Part shown: positions 32,423 to 43,022 of the stretch, in pieces
Layout: each line of letters starts with the position of its first letter
Position numbering within the stretch: the stretch's first letter is position 1
Assembly (NCBI GenBank): GCA_963770835.1
Contig: CAVYRH010000003.1
Coordinates: forward strand, 320,001-384,000
Origin: an uncultured Pseudomonadota bacterium
Lineage (GTDB): Bacteria; Oederibacteriota; Muellerivitia; Muellerivitales; Muellerivitaceae
DNA length: 64,000 nucleotides
Direction of reading: 5' to 3'
Notes under the pieces: generated by a model
What the model was told of the DNA's origin: nothing
Seen by the model: only the letters and a program-made list of their open reading frames with translations
Databases searched by the model: none
Position numbers and translations under genes: made by a program

Positions 32423-32794
32423 ATGCCCGAAGCCAATATGTTCGTTGAAAAAAGAATCCATCCCCGTGTTTCGATCAAAATCCCAGTAAAGTATCGCGTC
32501 ATCGAGGATCAAAAAGAGCTAGAGACAGTGTTTGAACGTAAAAAGAGAGAACAGACTACCCGCACAATGGATGTGAGCCTGGGTGGACTTTATATTGTCG
32601 CGGATCAGATTTTGAATATTGGAAGTATTTTACGGCTGGACATTTCCCTTCCTGAAAAAGCCTCCCTCATTTCCGCTTTTGCGGAAGTGGTTTGGGCCAA
32701 TGAGACAGGCGGCGGTCTCCATTTTTTAGCCATGAAGGAAGATGATGCGGAATCTCTCAAAACCTATCTTGTCAACGTTTCCGACGGCAAATGA
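32423..32794 (+). CDS. PilZ domain protein
   Basis: [15 protein letters not shown] and AEVVW. Confidence 0.88.
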   Translation: MPEANMFVEKRIHPRVSIKIPVKYRVIEDQKELETVFERKKREQTTRTMDVSLGGLYIVADQILNIGSILRLDISLPEKASLISAFAEVVWANETGGGLHFLAMKEDDAESLKTYLVNVSDGK

Positions 32795-32801
32795 CTTCCT
32801 G

Positions 32802-34010
32802 ATGAAATTATCCGTACGCGACTTCTTCCCCCCTTTCTTGGTTTTGGCCTTGGTTTCCGGCAGTTTGATTGGTTGGGCCTTCCATTTTTTAAACTGGCCT
32901 TGGGCTGCTTTTTTAGGAGCGGTAGTGGGGTGGATGATGGCTGTTGGATTGCGACAATCGTTCTTCCGTCAACAAGCTTTGCGTTTAAAACGATTGGCCG
33001 AGAAGTCCACTGCACCTCCATTTTTGAAAGACGCATTGATTTCAGACACGGGTGAAGAAGACCCACTGGAATTCATTTTGAGAACCTGCTTGGAAAAAAT
33101 CACCGTTCAAGAAATTACGATCCCCAATCAGGTTTTGCCAGCTGACTTGCCATGGAAGGACCTTGTTGGCGATTTAAAGGAGTTTGCTCAAGAACTGGAA
33201 AAGATAGTTCAAGCGTTCCACGCTTTTCGAGACACTCTGCGGGACTGGTCCTCCACGATTGAAAAAGCCGGACGAATCAACAAATCTTTGCTTCAATTGA
33301 ACGAGCTCATCGTTAATGACAGCAAAAAGGTGGCCGCGGACACGGACGAGGCCGCCCGGTCTGCGACGGACGGCATTAAATCGGTTGGAAAAGAAATTAA
33401 GGCCATGACGGAGATCAAGGCTACCATCGGTTCCTCCGCCGAAGTTATCCAGCAGCTTAACCTAGCCTCGGATCAAATAGGTGAATTCTTGGCTACCATT
33501 ACCTCCATCGCTCGCAAAACCAATCTTCTGGCCCTCAACGCTGGTATCGAGGCGGCCCGCGCGGGAGAACATGGACAGGGTTTCGCGGTAGTTGCCAGTG
33601 AAATCAAAATCCTGGCGGAAGCTTCCGCTAAAGCCTCTGGGGATGTGAAACACCTGGTAGATGATATACGGGCCAAAACTGCCAGTGCCATCTCCCTTAT
33701 TAGCACGACGGGTAAAATCGAGGAGAATGTAAACGTGGTTTATAACGCAGGTGATGTTTTTATGAATATTGTCAAGTCGGTGAGGAAGGCCGGAGGGCTT
33801 TTAGGAGAAATTTCCCAGGCCTTGGACGATCAGCGAAACGACAACGAGTTATTACTACAATTGATCAATAAAATTTACGTTGCCGGGGACCACGTGAAGG
33901 CGAAATTTGAAGCGGTGGATGAAGGGTTGAATCAGTTAGAAAAATTGACCCGGAAAATGAAAGTGTTGACTGAAACCTTAAACGGCCCGGAAGCCTTCAA
34001 GGCCAATTGA
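32802..34010 (+). CDS. Methyl-accepting chemotaxis protein
   Basis: [34 protein letters not shown] hairpin tip; two N-terminal TM segments. Confidence 0.92.
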   Translation: MKLSVRDFFPPFLVLALVSGSLIGWAFHFLNWPWAAFLGAVVGWMMAVGLRQSFFRQQALRLKRLAEKSTAPPFLKDALISDTGEEDPLEFILRTCLEKITVQEITIPNQVLPADLPWKDLVGDLKEFAQELEKIVQAFHAFRDTLRDWSSTIEKAGRINKSLLQLNELIVNDSKKVAADTDEAARSATDGIKSVGKEIKAMTEIKATIGSSAEVIQQLNLASDQIGEFLATITSIARKTNLLALNAGIEAARAGEHGQGFAVVASEIKILAEASAKASGDVKHLVDDIRAKTASAISLISTTGKIEENVNVVYNAGDVFMNIVKSVRKAGGLLGEISQALDDQRNDNELLLQLINKIYVAGDHVKAKFEAVDEGLNQLEKLTRKMKVLTETLNGPEAFKAN

Positions 34011-34129
34011 ACATTGACAGGTTTTACCGAGACGGGTTAAATTAAAACGGTTTTCTAATGTGGTTGCAGTGTGGTCAGGTTATTTACCAGAGGCATCCAC
34101 TGATAAAATTTTGAGAGCTAAGGAATCCA

Positions 34130-35086
34130 ATGATCGTCTGCCCGGCTTGCCATGCGGAAAATCCTGATGGCACTAAGATCTGCGTCAAATGCGGAACCGA
34201 ACTGCCCAAAGTGGCTGCTGCTGGTCCAACCAAGGCCAAAGCCACTACTGAAGAGGGTAAAAAGTTCGGCGTCAAGGACATGGGGCGCGATTTAGTCGAT
34301 GTTTTGTGGCTTCTCTTGATTCTTTTCTTGATCGGTTTTGGATTTTGGATGGAGGCCACCCATTGGACAGGGAGGTTCTCCGAGACGGAAGAGGTAAAAA
34401 CCGTCAAGGAACCGATTGCGGTCTTGGCCCCAAAACACATTCACCGTGTTGCACGCCATGAAACTCCCCAACCCCCAATAACCCAAACCGTGGGCGAAAA
34501 ACCCGCGGTCGAGTATGGAAACCCGGAAACTTTCTTCCAAAAGGGCAAAGCTAAGTACGACGAGCAGCGTTACCATGAATCCTTCAACTACCTCAAGCAA
34601 GCTTTGATGATCGATCCAACTTTTGCCAAGGCCTATTTTGGTTTGGGGTACCTTTATACCCGCTTTGACATGGATGACGCGGCGGTTCGGATGTATGAAA
34701 TGGCCTTACGGTTTGACCCGAACCACGCGGATGCCACTAATAACCTGGGAATGATGTACTACCACGCGGGAAATTACGATGACGCTCTCCAATTATTCCA
34801 GAAAGCCGTGGCTCTGAACGACCAAAATGCCGATTACGAATTCAACTTGGGTAGCGTGTACCTGGATAAGGACCAACCTGATGATGCTCTGCAGGCCTTC
34901 CAAAAGGCCGCTTCGATCAGGCCGGACGACCCTTCCACCTATTACGAAATGGCAGTGACTTACGAGAAATTAGGGAAAAGGCAGGAAGCCATGGATACTT
35001 GGCAGAAAGTGATGCAGTATTCCAAGGACGCAGACTTGACCCAGAACGCTAAAAGTCACATGGACTATTTGCAGGCCCAAAGCTAA
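34130..35086 (+). CDS. Zinc-ribbon / TM / TPR protein
   Basis: CPAC...CVKCG, one TM segment and multiple TPRs. TTGACA promoter candidate at 34014. Confidence 0.85.
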   Translation: MIVCPACHAENPDGTKICVKCGTELPKVAAAGPTKAKATTEEGKKFGVKDMGRDLVDVLWLLLILFLIGFGFWMEATHWTGRFSETEEVKTVKEPIAVLAPKHIHRVARHETPQPPITQTVGEKPAVEYGNPETFFQKGKAKYDEQRYHESFNYLKQALMIDPTFAKAYFGLGYLYTRFDMDDAAVRMYEMALRFDPNHADATNNLGMMYYHAGNYDDALQLFQKAVALNDQNADYEFNLGSVYLDKDQPDDALQAFQKAASIRPDDPSTYYEMAVTYEKLGKRQEAMDTWQKVMQYSKDADLTQNAKSHMDYLQAQS

Positions 35087-35218
35087 AGACCTTTTTACAG
35101 GTCAGCAAAATACCTTTCAAACCTAAGCGAAATCGTATCTGTTCTCCACATTTTAATTTGAATTCCATTCTTTTTTTATCGGACGGTGGAGGCTTTTGAC
35201 TATCGTCTAAAGCTTGTT

Positions 35219-35926
35219 TTATTGCGGTTGGTTTTTAATCTTGCCGTACAGCTTGAAAAGTTCCCTGAAGGCCCGAAGAATGACCTTCAGGTTGGCGCCG
35301 GTTTGGGTGCCGGCCACGCGGGGGTAATGGGTTACTCCCACTTCCACGAAACGAAACCCGGCTTTGTTGGCCCTTGCCAGCAATTCGGTTGAGACCATCG
35401 CCCCTCCCGCGCTGAGCTGAACCTTGTCGATCACTTTTCGCTTGATGAGCTTGAAAGCGCAGTCCACATCGCGGACTTGGAAGCCGAAAAGGAACTTCAC
35501 CAAGGAACCCCACATAAAGGCGTTAAGCTTTCGGTGCCAGGGGTCCCGCCGGTTCTTGCGGTAGCCGAGGATGAGATCCCCTTCGTCCAGCCTTTCGATC
35601 AGAAGGGTGATTTCTCTAAGATCAAACTGAAGATCGCCGTCGGTGAAAAAAACATAGTCATATTTGGCGGCGTTGTAGCCCGAAATGACCGCTCCTCCGT
35701 AGCCCTTATTTTTCTCGTGGTGGACGGGGTGGACATGGGGATCCTCTTTGGCCAGCCGGTTGATGATCTCACCGGTTTTATCTTTGCTGCCATCGTTGAC
35801 GGGAATGATCTCCCATTGTTCCGCAATTTCGGGAAGGATTCCCTGCGACTTGCGGATCATGTTCTCCACATTGGCTTCCTCGTTGTAGCAGGGGAAAAAA
35901 ACGGAAAGCGATGAAACTTTCGGCAC
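35219..35926 (-). CDS. GT2 glycosyltransferase (polyprenol-phosphate glycosyltransferase-like)
   Basis: FFPCYNEE, VNDGSKD, NKGYGGA, TDGDLQ and DVDCAFK. Confidence 0.9.
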   Translation of the reverse strand: MPKVSSLSVFFPCYNEEANVENMIRKSQGILPEIAEQWEIIPVNDGSKDKTGEIINRLAKEDPHVHPVHHEKNKGYGGAVISGYNAAKYDYVFFTDGDLQFDLREITLLIERLDEGDLILGYRKNRRDPWHRKLNAFMWGSLVKFLFGFQVRDVDCAFKLIKRKVIDKVQLSAGGAMVSTELLARANKAGFRFVEVGVTHYPRVAGTQTGANLKVILRAFRELFKLYGKIKNQPQ

Positions 35927-36000
35927 GGGGTCTCCTTGTTTCAGGTAAAGCTGGGAAATATTACCATATTGTCCTACGTGGACCGAATAAAATCAGGCTT

Positions 36001-37317
36001 TTACTCTTGAAAAGCTGGGACGAATAAGTCGGGATCGATCAACCGGGCCACCTTATTGCCCACGTCTACTGCAAAATTGGTGCCGCGGTCTTCCGGATAA
36101 ACAAGGGCCATGTTGGCGAGGTACAGGTTTTCAACAGGGGTTTCATAGCCAGGCCTTACCTGGCTGTAGTGGAGGGGAACCACGGGCTGAGCGTACAAAT
36201 CCTGGAACAGATAATATTCCTCCAGCCAGCTTTCATTGAAATTGGGATTGATTTTTTGAAGATGGGGAAGTAGCTCTGCAAAAATGTCTTCCTTTTTCAT
36301 CTTGAAGTATTTGTGGTCTTGGGGAAGGTAATTGGCCACGTACATCAGGTGTTTTCCCTGGTACCAATCGAGGGGTGCGAAATTGGTGTGTTCGATCAAA
36401 GCCAGGATGGGAATGTCGGCGTCACCGATATTGATCCAGTACATGTCGCTAAATTCCCGCTTCATGACCAGGATTAGGCATTGAGCCCCCAGAAAATCCA
36501 ACCGCGTCATTCGTTTTTTATATTCTTCCGGAAGCTCCAGGCAGGTTTTTAAGAAGATCGGTGTGGCCGCCGCGAATACCAGTTTTTCGAACGTCTTTTT
36601 ATGCTCTCCTACTTCCAAGCCCGTGAAGCGGCCATTTTCGGTGAGGATGCGACTGATGGGGGTATTTAGATTGATTTGAACTCCAGACTTACGGACCGCC
36701 GCTGCCAAGGCTTGGTGGAAGACTTCGAAACCGCCTTTGAAATAACCCAGCTTTTCCTTGGTACCCCTGCGGGATGAAAAGCGGGTGTGGACACGGGCCC
36801 AGAACCAAGCCATAGCAACTTGGTCAAAATACCGGCTAAACTTACCTTTTAAAAGCGGTTCCCAGACCACCTTGCGAATTGTCGCGGGGCAATATCGCGT
36901 CATCCACTCCCAGGCTGTGATGTTTTCATAGGGCTTCCAATTTTCCTTCTTGCCCAAGTAAAGGGATTGGACGCCGAACCAGATTCTCTCCCAAAAGGGG
37001 AGGGGTTTGAATTTCAAGAGCTGTAGGGGGGTTCCGAACGGGTAAAGCTTGCCTTTGTAAGTGAACCCCATCTGGCTGGTCAGCCAATGGAGGCTGTCAC
37101 GGATGCCTAATTCGTCCACTAGTCCGCGAATGTAGATGTCACTGGTGAACAGGTGGTGGTAATAATGCTCCAAGGTGGTGCCAGCCACCGGGAAACCGGC
37201 CGCCAAACCTCCCACATGGTCGGAAGCCTCAAAAACCTCGACTTCGTGGCCTTGTTTCGCCAATCGATAGGCGGCGGTCAAACCGGCTACGCCGGCGCCA
37301 ACGACGCCGATCTTCAT
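36001..37317 (-). CDS. FAD-dependent oxidoreductase (protoporphyrinogen/amine oxidase superfamily)
   Basis: VVGAGVAGL, GGLA, YYHHLF and YPEDRG.N. Confidence 0.85.
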   Translation of the reverse strand: MKIGVVGAGVAGLTAAYRLAKQGHEVEVFEASDHVGGLAAGFPVAGTTLEHYYHHLFTSDIYIRGLVDELGIRDSLHWLTSQMGFTYKGKLYPFGTPLQLLKFKPLPFWERIWFGVQSLYLGKKENWKPYENITAWEWMTRYCPATIRKVVWEPLLKGKFSRYFDQVAMAWFWARVHTRFSSRRGTKEKLGYFKGGFEVFHQALAAAVRKSGVQINLNTPISRILTENGRFTGLEVGEHKKTFEKLVFAAATPIFLKTCLELPEEYKKRMTRLDFLGAQCLILVMKREFSDMYWINIGDADIPILALIEHTNFAPLDWYQGKHLMYVANYLPQDHKYFKMKKEDIFAELLPHLQKINPNFNESWLEEYYLFQDLYAQPVVPLHYSQVRPGYETPVENLYLANMALVYPEDRGTNFAVDVGNKVARLIDPDLFVPAFQE

Positions 37318-38348
37318 TTACGGCTCCTTTTACGGGAAGCGGCTTTTTCCCGGGTTTTTTCCAGCTTCCCAAGGCTTAAATGGTCGTGTTTCATAAAATA
37401 AAATCCTAATAAGTTGATCGGAATCCAAACAACCAAATGTACGATCAGGATATAGCCCAAGGCCATTTCCTTGGAGATGCCGAAGGGGATCAAAACATTC
37501 TTGCCTACGAATTCAAATAAACCGAATCCCCCAGGGGCGTTGGGAACAAGAATGGCAATGTTGACTACTGCCATCAACAAAGCGGCGGACCCAAAGGAAA
37601 GAGGGGAAGGCGAAATGCCCATTCCCAGGCCGAGCAGATAGTAGCTGGTAAATTCGCAGGTCCAGGCCGCGACCGAAGTGGCCAAAACCAGGAAGGATTC
37701 CTTGGCATTCTTGAGGATATTGAGTCCGTCAAAAAAGGTGTGGGCAATTTTATTGAGAGGCTTTCTTAGCTTGGCAGGGGTGTGGCCAGTGAAAAAGTTG
37801 ATGATTTTGACGGCGACGTTTTTGAACAAAAGCAGGAAAAAAATAAATAAAACCGCCGCGCCAAAAACATAAGGGCAAGCATGGATGGCCCTTTGGATAT
37901 CCGGGGGGAGGTTTTCTAAGCTAATGGGAAGCTTTCCGTAAGAGAGAGCCACTCCCAGCATGATCATCATGGTGAGTCCGTCGAAAATACGCTCCAAAAC
38001 GATGGTGGCCAAGGAAGCGCTCCGGCTGATTTTTTCCTTGGTCCCGTTCAAGTAGGCCCTGACAAACTCCCCGGCCCGGGCAGGCAAAATGTTGTTGGCC
38101 ATGAAGCCAATGACGAGGGTGGGAAAAAGGCTTTGGAAACTGCATTTCTTGACGGGTGAAAGGAGGACGACCCAGCGGAACCCACGGATGATGTAGCCGA
38201 ACATATAAATGATAAGGGCCGGAATGAGCCAGAGGACGTGAAATTGGGTGAATGCCGCCCAAAGGTCTCCCCAGTCGATATCCTTGAGGACCAAAAAGAA
38301 CATGAGCGCCATTACGGCAAAACCGAGCCACATCATTTTTTTGTTCAA
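37314..38348 (-). CDS. Lysylphosphatidylglycerol-synthase TM (flippase-like) protein
   Basis: IGFMANNILPARAGEFVR, ERIFD and PGGFGLFE; multi-TM. Confidence 0.88.
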   Translation of the reverse strand: MNKKMMWLGFAVMALMFFLVLKDIDWGDLWAAFTQFHVLWLIPALIIYMFGYIIRGFRWVVLLSPVKKCSFQSLFPTLVIGFMANNILPARAGEFVRAYLNGTKEKISRSASLATIVLERIFDGLTMMIMLGVALSYGKLPISLENLPPDIQRAIHACPYVFGAAVLFIFFLLLFKNVAVKIINFFTGHTPAKLRKPLNKIAHTFFDGLNILKNAKESFLVLATSVAAWTCEFTSYYLLGLGMGISPSPLSFGSAALLMAVVNIAILVPNAPGGFGLFEFVGKNVLIPFGISKEMALGYILIVHLVVWIPINLLGFYFMKHDHLSLGKLEKTREKAASRKRSRK

Positions 38349-38532
38349 CAGTTACCTTCTTTTTCCCAGGGGGTAATCCGGACTGAAAATAATACATTTC
38401 GGCCCGTAAAACAAAGGAAATCTCAGGTTTTAAACCGTTCCATAAAATCCCCGAAATTGGGGAAGGTCTATTGGTGGAAGCCCTTTGGCAAAGTAAAATG
38501 AAGCCTGTTCAAAAAGTTTTCGGGAGGAAAAT

Positions 38533-39603
38533 ATGCGGAAGGCTCATTTTGTTTGGATGCTGGCGTTCCTTGCTGCGCCCGTGTTCCTATTGGCGCAAGA
38601 TAACACTGGGACTCAAAATTCCTCCGCCGGATCAAAAGATTCCACGGCATCGGCGGCGCCAACATTTAAAACCTTTAAAGAAGCCTATGCGGCGGGGAAC
38701 GACGCCTTAAAAGACCGGAAATTCAACGAATCCGCCGCCGATTACGGTGCCGCCGAGGACATGGCTTCCGGCTCCAAGGCAAAGAGTCAGGCGGCCAATG
38801 CCCAAGGTTGGGCCTATTTAAAAGCCCGGAAACTGGGAGAAGCTAAAAAGGCTTTTGCCCGCTCGGTGGAGGAAAATACCGACAACAAGCTGGCCTTAAA
38901 AAACTTGGGGGCCACCGAATATGACATTTATGAATACGGCATGGGAACAGCAGACGACCTGAAAGACGCTGTGAAAAACCTGGAAGCCAGCGGGGAAAAC
39001 CAGGAAGATTTGGAAACCGCCAAGGCCGCTCTGGCCCGGGAAGAGGATTATGCTAAGGCCACCCCAGAGGCCGAGCCTGACACTTCGGGAATGAACTTCA
39101 AATCCCTTTGCGCTTTAAGCGACAAGTTGGAAGAACAAGGCTTTACCGACCAGGCGTTTAAAATTATGGAAAAAGCGGCGTTAGCGGCTTCTTCTCTCAA
39201 GGGCAAGGCTGCCTCCGCCAACCGCCAAGGAAAGTTGCTCTTGGATGCCCGCCGCCCCACCAAAGCGGAAGTTTATTTCGAGGAAGCCGTTAAATATCAG
39301 CCCAATGACAAGGTTTATTTGAACAACTTGGGATGGAACAATTGGATCTTATACCAATCAGGCAAAGGTGAAGAACCCGAGTTGAAAAAAGCAGTGGACG
39401 CCTTCTACCGGATGAACTCCGCCGATCCGTCCTATCATGGCGATAACCTCAAAATGGTCTTGGAGGAGTTGAAAGACATTGACCCCGATGCCGCAAAGGC
39501 TTATACGGTTAAGGATGAATCGAGCCCGGACACTGATAAGGTGGACAATGCCAAAAGCGACAACTCCAAAGAGGATAACGACTCAGCCGGTGACTCCAAA
39601 TAA
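38533..39603 (+). CDS. Exported TPR-like protein
   Basis: Signal peptide; helical repeats NAQGWAYL, KNLG and NNLGW; acidic tail. Confidence 0.7.
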   Translation: MRKAHFVWMLAFLAAPVFLLAQDNTGTQNSSAGSKDSTASAAPTFKTFKEAYAAGNDALKDRKFNESAADYGAAEDMASGSKAKSQAANAQGWAYLKARKLGEAKKAFARSVEENTDNKLALKNLGATEYDIYEYGMGTADDLKDAVKNLEASGENQEDLETAKAALAREEDYAKATPEAEPDTSGMNFKSLCALSDKLEEQGFTDQAFKIMEKAALAASSLKGKAASANRQGKLLLDARRPTKAEVYFEEAVKYQPNDKVYLNNLGWNNWILYQSGKGEEPELKKAVDAFYRMNSADPSYHGDNLKMVLEELKDIDPDAAKAYTVKDESSPDTDKVDNAKSDNSKEDNDSAGDSK

Positions 39604-40240
39604 TCCACGGCTTTCCATTGAAGAGAACTTAAGCCGGCTCCACCAGACTATCCGCCGTTGTTCCAAGTGTTTTCCAAGGGGCGGGAATTGTCCCGTGCCG
39701 GGCACGGGACAGGCAAAAAAAGGAGGACTGTTTTTGATCGGCCAGGCTCCGGGTGTCCGCGAACCCGCCGCTCAGAAAAACTTTGCCTGGACTGCTGGAA
39801 AACGTCTTTTTCAGTGGTTCCTGTCCCTGGGAATGACGGAGGAAAAAATCCGTCAGTATGCTTATATTACCGCCGTCACCAAGTGTTATCCCGGCAAGGC
39901 GCCCCACGGAAAGGGCGACCGAAGACCCAATCCTGAGGAAGTCGCCCATTGCGCACCCTACTTGGATGAAGCTTTAAGTCTGCTGAACCCTTCCGTCGTC
40001 GTTTTAATAGGTGGTTTGGCCATCGAACGCATCCTGGGACCTCATAAATTTTCCGAAGTCATCGGCAAGGAATTCCATAAAGTCCTTCCTGGCGGTCCTG
40101 CTTGGGTTATTCCTATTCCACATCCTTCGGGCGCAAGTCCTTGGCCTCACCTTCCGGGCAATAAGGAAAAATTGGAACAAGCCCTTCAGCTGATTAAAAA
40201 ACGCCTCCGACAGCAAGGGTTGCTCGAATCCTTTCTGTGA
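39590..40240 (+). CDS. Uracil-DNA glycosylase family protein
   Basis: C..C, LIGQAPG, KCYPGK..GDR.P...C and PHPSGAS. Confidence 0.85.
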   Translation: MTPNNPRLSIEENLSRLHQTIRRCSKCFPRGGNCPVPGTGQAKKGGLFLIGQAPGVREPAAQKNFAWTAGKRLFQWFLSLGMTEEKIRQYAYITAVTKCYPGKAPHGKGDRRPNPEEVAHCAPYLDEALSLLNPSVVVLIGGLAIERILGPHKFSEVIGKEFHKVLPGGPAWVIPIPHPSGASPWPHLPGNKEKLEQALQLIKKRLRQQGLLESFL

Positions 40241-40343
40241 TAGGGTTCAATTCCCAAGCGTTTCCCTGTATCTTTTCCCGGCCCTTGGATAAAATATGAC
40301 GCCAGTCTGGGATTTTTCCATTTCCATTTAACCGGAGGTTTTC

Positions 40344-41822
40344 GTGATTCAATTTTCGGCTGTTTCCACCGCGGACCGTTTCAAACGGCCTAAAACATGG
40401 GTGTATTTGTCTTGCGAGAAGGAAGCCGCTTTTTTAAACGCCCCCGGGAAGGCGAACGAAGCCATCCGTAAAACAATGGAGGAAGAAGGCTTTCAAGGTA
40501 AAGAAGGCCAAACGGCGGTTTTCCGGGCTCCCGAGGGGGGATTGGCTGAAAAAGTTATTGCTTTAGGGTTGGGCCCCAAGCAAGAAATGAAAATGGAGAC
40601 CCTGCGCCGCGCGGGGGGGAGGTTGGCCCGTAAGGCTCGCGAAATTCGGGTTGAAGAAGTTGCGCTGGAATGGCCGCGATTCCTCAAAGACGATTTCATA
40701 AAGGCCTTCGTCGAGGGGTTGATCCTGGGTTCTTACCAATTCACTCGCTATAAAACCCAATTAAAGGACGCACCCAAGGGTGTTCAAAGGCTTTTCTTGA
40801 AAACAGCGCCTGACTTGCTGGCCGACGCCAAAAAGGCGCTTCAAATGGCGGTAAGTTATTGTGAGGGCACAATCTTGGCCCGGGATCTGATCAATGGCGC
40901 TCCCAGCGATGTTACGCCCAAGGTTTTAGCGGACGCCGCGCGTAAGATCGCCAAGGGTCCGGTTAAGTTAAAACTCTACACCAAAAAAGACCTCCGGCGG
41001 ATGGGCGCGGGCGGCATCTTGGGAGTCAATATTGGAAGCGCCCAAGAACCCTATTTGATCCATTTGCATTACAAACCTGTTGGAAAGCCCAAGAAGTCGG
41101 TGGCCATCGTGGGGAAAGGCATTACCTTTGATTCCGGCGGATTGTCCTTGAAACCTGCCGGTTCCATGGAAACCATGAAAATGGACATGTCGGGCGCCGC
41201 TGCGGTTTTAGGCGTTTTCAGTCAATTGGCGAAGGTGCGGCCCAACGTCGAGGTACATGGGATCATCCCCACGACCGAGAACATGCCTGGGGGGAAAGCT
41301 TACAAACCAGGGGATGTTCTGAAGGCGATTAACGGCAAGACAATGGAAGTCTTGAACACAGACGCGGAGGGCCGTTTGATCCTTTCGGACGCCCTTTCTT
41401 ACGCCGTGCAACAGAAAGTCGACAAGATTATTGATATGGCAACTTTAACCGGTGCCTGCGTGGTAGCCCTGGGTTCACTGGTTTCCGGTGCGATGGGAAA
41501 CGATCCTCAACTTTTGGAACAAATCAAGGAAGCTACGGAAACTGAGGGGGAACCGATTTGGGAGTTACCCCTGGTCAAGGAATACCGCGATGACATCAAA
41601 AGTAAGGTAGCCGATATTAAAAACATCGGAGGCGGGCGGGAAGCGGGCTCCATCATTGGCGGCCTCTTTTTGCAAGAGTTCGTGGGGGATACCCCCTGGG
41701 TCCACCTGGATATTGCGGGTCCCGCTTACCTGGAGCGTGAATTTCCGGCGGTACCCTACCTCACCTATGGGGGAACAGGCTTGATGGTCCGGAGCCTTTT
41801 AACCTTTCTCAAAACAATGTGA
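40344..41822 (+). CDS. pepA: Leucyl aminopeptidase
   Basis: VGKGITFDSGG, MKMDMSG, NTDAEGRL and HLDIAG. Confidence 0.96.
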   Translation: MIQFSAVSTADRFKRPKTWVYLSCEKEAAFLNAPGKANEAIRKTMEEEGFQGKEGQTAVFRAPEGGLAEKVIALGLGPKQEMKMETLRRAGGRLARKAREIRVEEVALEWPRFLKDDFIKAFVEGLILGSYQFTRYKTQLKDAPKGVQRLFLKTAPDLLADAKKALQMAVSYCEGTILARDLINGAPSDVTPKVLADAARKIAKGPVKLKLYTKKDLRRMGAGGILGVNIGSAQEPYLIHLHYKPVGKPKKSVAIVGKGITFDSGGLSLKPAGSMETMKMDMSGAAAVLGVFSQLAKVRPNVEVHGIIPTTENMPGGKAYKPGDVLKAINGKTMEVLNTDAEGRLILSDALSYAVQQKVDKIIDMATLTGACVVALGSLVSGAMGNDPQLLEQIKEATETEGEPIWELPLVKEYRDDIKSKVADIKNIGGGREAGSIIGGLFLQEFVGDTPWVHLDIAGPAYLEREFPAVPYLTYGGTGLMVRSLLTFLKTM

Positions 41823-41949
41823 AATCCACCAAACTGTTAAATCCGCACCCCAATGACCCTGAATCGGGGGTAAAAACCAGATTCAGGTTCCTAGAGATAA
41901 GCCTGGGTCTGTTGATGACCCCTAAAACTTGGGGTTTTAACCTAAATGT

Positions 41950-41976
41950 TGCAACCCTTTGTGGTCCTAAACCGTC
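41950..41976 (+). promoter_or_regulatory. Candidate autoregulatory ECF promoter
   Basis: TGCAAC-N17-CGTC just upstream of the ECF sigma gene. Confidence 0.5.
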
Positions 41977-42002
41977 CTAAAGATAGGCAAGTCAGGTGAT
42001 GA

Positions 42003-42551
42003 ATGACCGAACTTGAAGCCATTGACCGTTGCCAAAAAGGCGATATCGCCGGACTGCATGTTTTATATGAACTGCACCGGACGAAGGTTTACAACCTTTC
42101 GTGGCGGATGTTGGGGTCGCCGCAAGACGCTGAAGATGCGTTACAGGAAGTATTCCTGAAAGTCTTTGGCCGCATCGCGAACTACCGGGGCGATTCAGCC
42201 TTCAGTACTTGGCTTTACCGGATGACCACGAACCACTGCCTGGACCTTTTGAGGCGGCGGAAGATCTTAACCTTCCTGGGTTTTGAGAACGCCCCAGAGG
42301 CGCAGGACAAGAGGGACAGTGAAAAGGCCGTCAACCTGGGCTTGAGTCCAGTGGTGGCCAAAGCGCTGGAAAAGCTCCCGGCTAAGCAGAAGGCCTGCCT
42401 TTTGATGAGGGAGATGGAGGAATTAAGTTACGAGGATATTGCGGCCGCCCTGCAACTTTCATTGGGTTCGGTGAAATCCAATATCCATCGGGCAAAGGTT
42501 CTTTTGAAAGAAATTCTGGAAAAAGAAGGCCTTTCGAAAGAAGATGTATAG
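42003..42551 (+). CDS. ECF RNA polymerase sigma factor
   Basis: DAEDALQEVF, FSTWLYR...N.C.D and LSYEDIA....GSVKS..HRA. Confidence 0.95.
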   Translation: MTELEAIDRCQKGDIAGLHVLYELHRTKVYNLSWRMLGSPQDAEDALQEVFLKVFGRIANYRGDSAFSTWLYRMTTNHCLDLLRRRKILTFLGFENAPEAQDKRDSEKAVNLGLSPVVAKALEKLPAKQKACLLMREMEELSYEDIAAALQLSLGSVKSNIHRAKVLLKEILEKEGLSKEDV

Positions 42552-42569
42552 GGAAATTAGGGGAACGTC

Positions 42570-42995
42570 ATGAAAAAGATTTGGAAAAAACAAGACGTCG
42601 AAAAAATTTTAAGACAGATGGCCAAGACCACTCCCGAAGAGACTGTCTTTGACCGCGTTTGGTACAAGCTGGAAGATAGCATCAATTCCAAGAAGGAACA
42701 TTTTTGGCAACACGTCATTTGGAAGCCTTGGGGCCATCCGGTGCGCTGGGTTGCTGTGGCTTGCCTTTGCATGGGTTTGACCGGGGTTGTTTATAACGGC
42801 ATTTCCACCGCCAATGATAAGGATGTAGCTTCATTCATTATGTCGGTTTCAAATCCGACTGAAAATGTCACCCATGACCTGGGGACGGTAAATGTATCGG
42901 TTCTTTTAAGCGGTCCGTCCACCAATGGGGTGGAACTTCTTAAAACTGATGATGAGCATTCGAACATCCTTTCCGGGGACGAGATTCTCCTTTAA
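42570..42995 (+). CDS. Putative single-TM anti-sigma factor
   Basis: Lies directly after the ECF sigma gene and has one TM segment. Confidence 0.6.
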   Translation: MKKIWKKQDVEKILRQMAKTTPEETVFDRVWYKLEDSINSKKEHFWQHVIWKPWGHPVRWVAVACLCMGLTGVVYNGISTANDKDVASFIMSVSNPTENVTHDLGTVNVSVLLSGPSTNGVELLKTDDEHSNILSGDEILL

Positions 42996-43022
42996 GAAGT
43001 CAAATCAGCTTGAGGGGGCGTA

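Noticed and set aside
40243..40256. GGGTTCAATTCCC T-loop-like motif
   Set aside because: No acceptor stem, CCA or other tRNA arms; probably chance.
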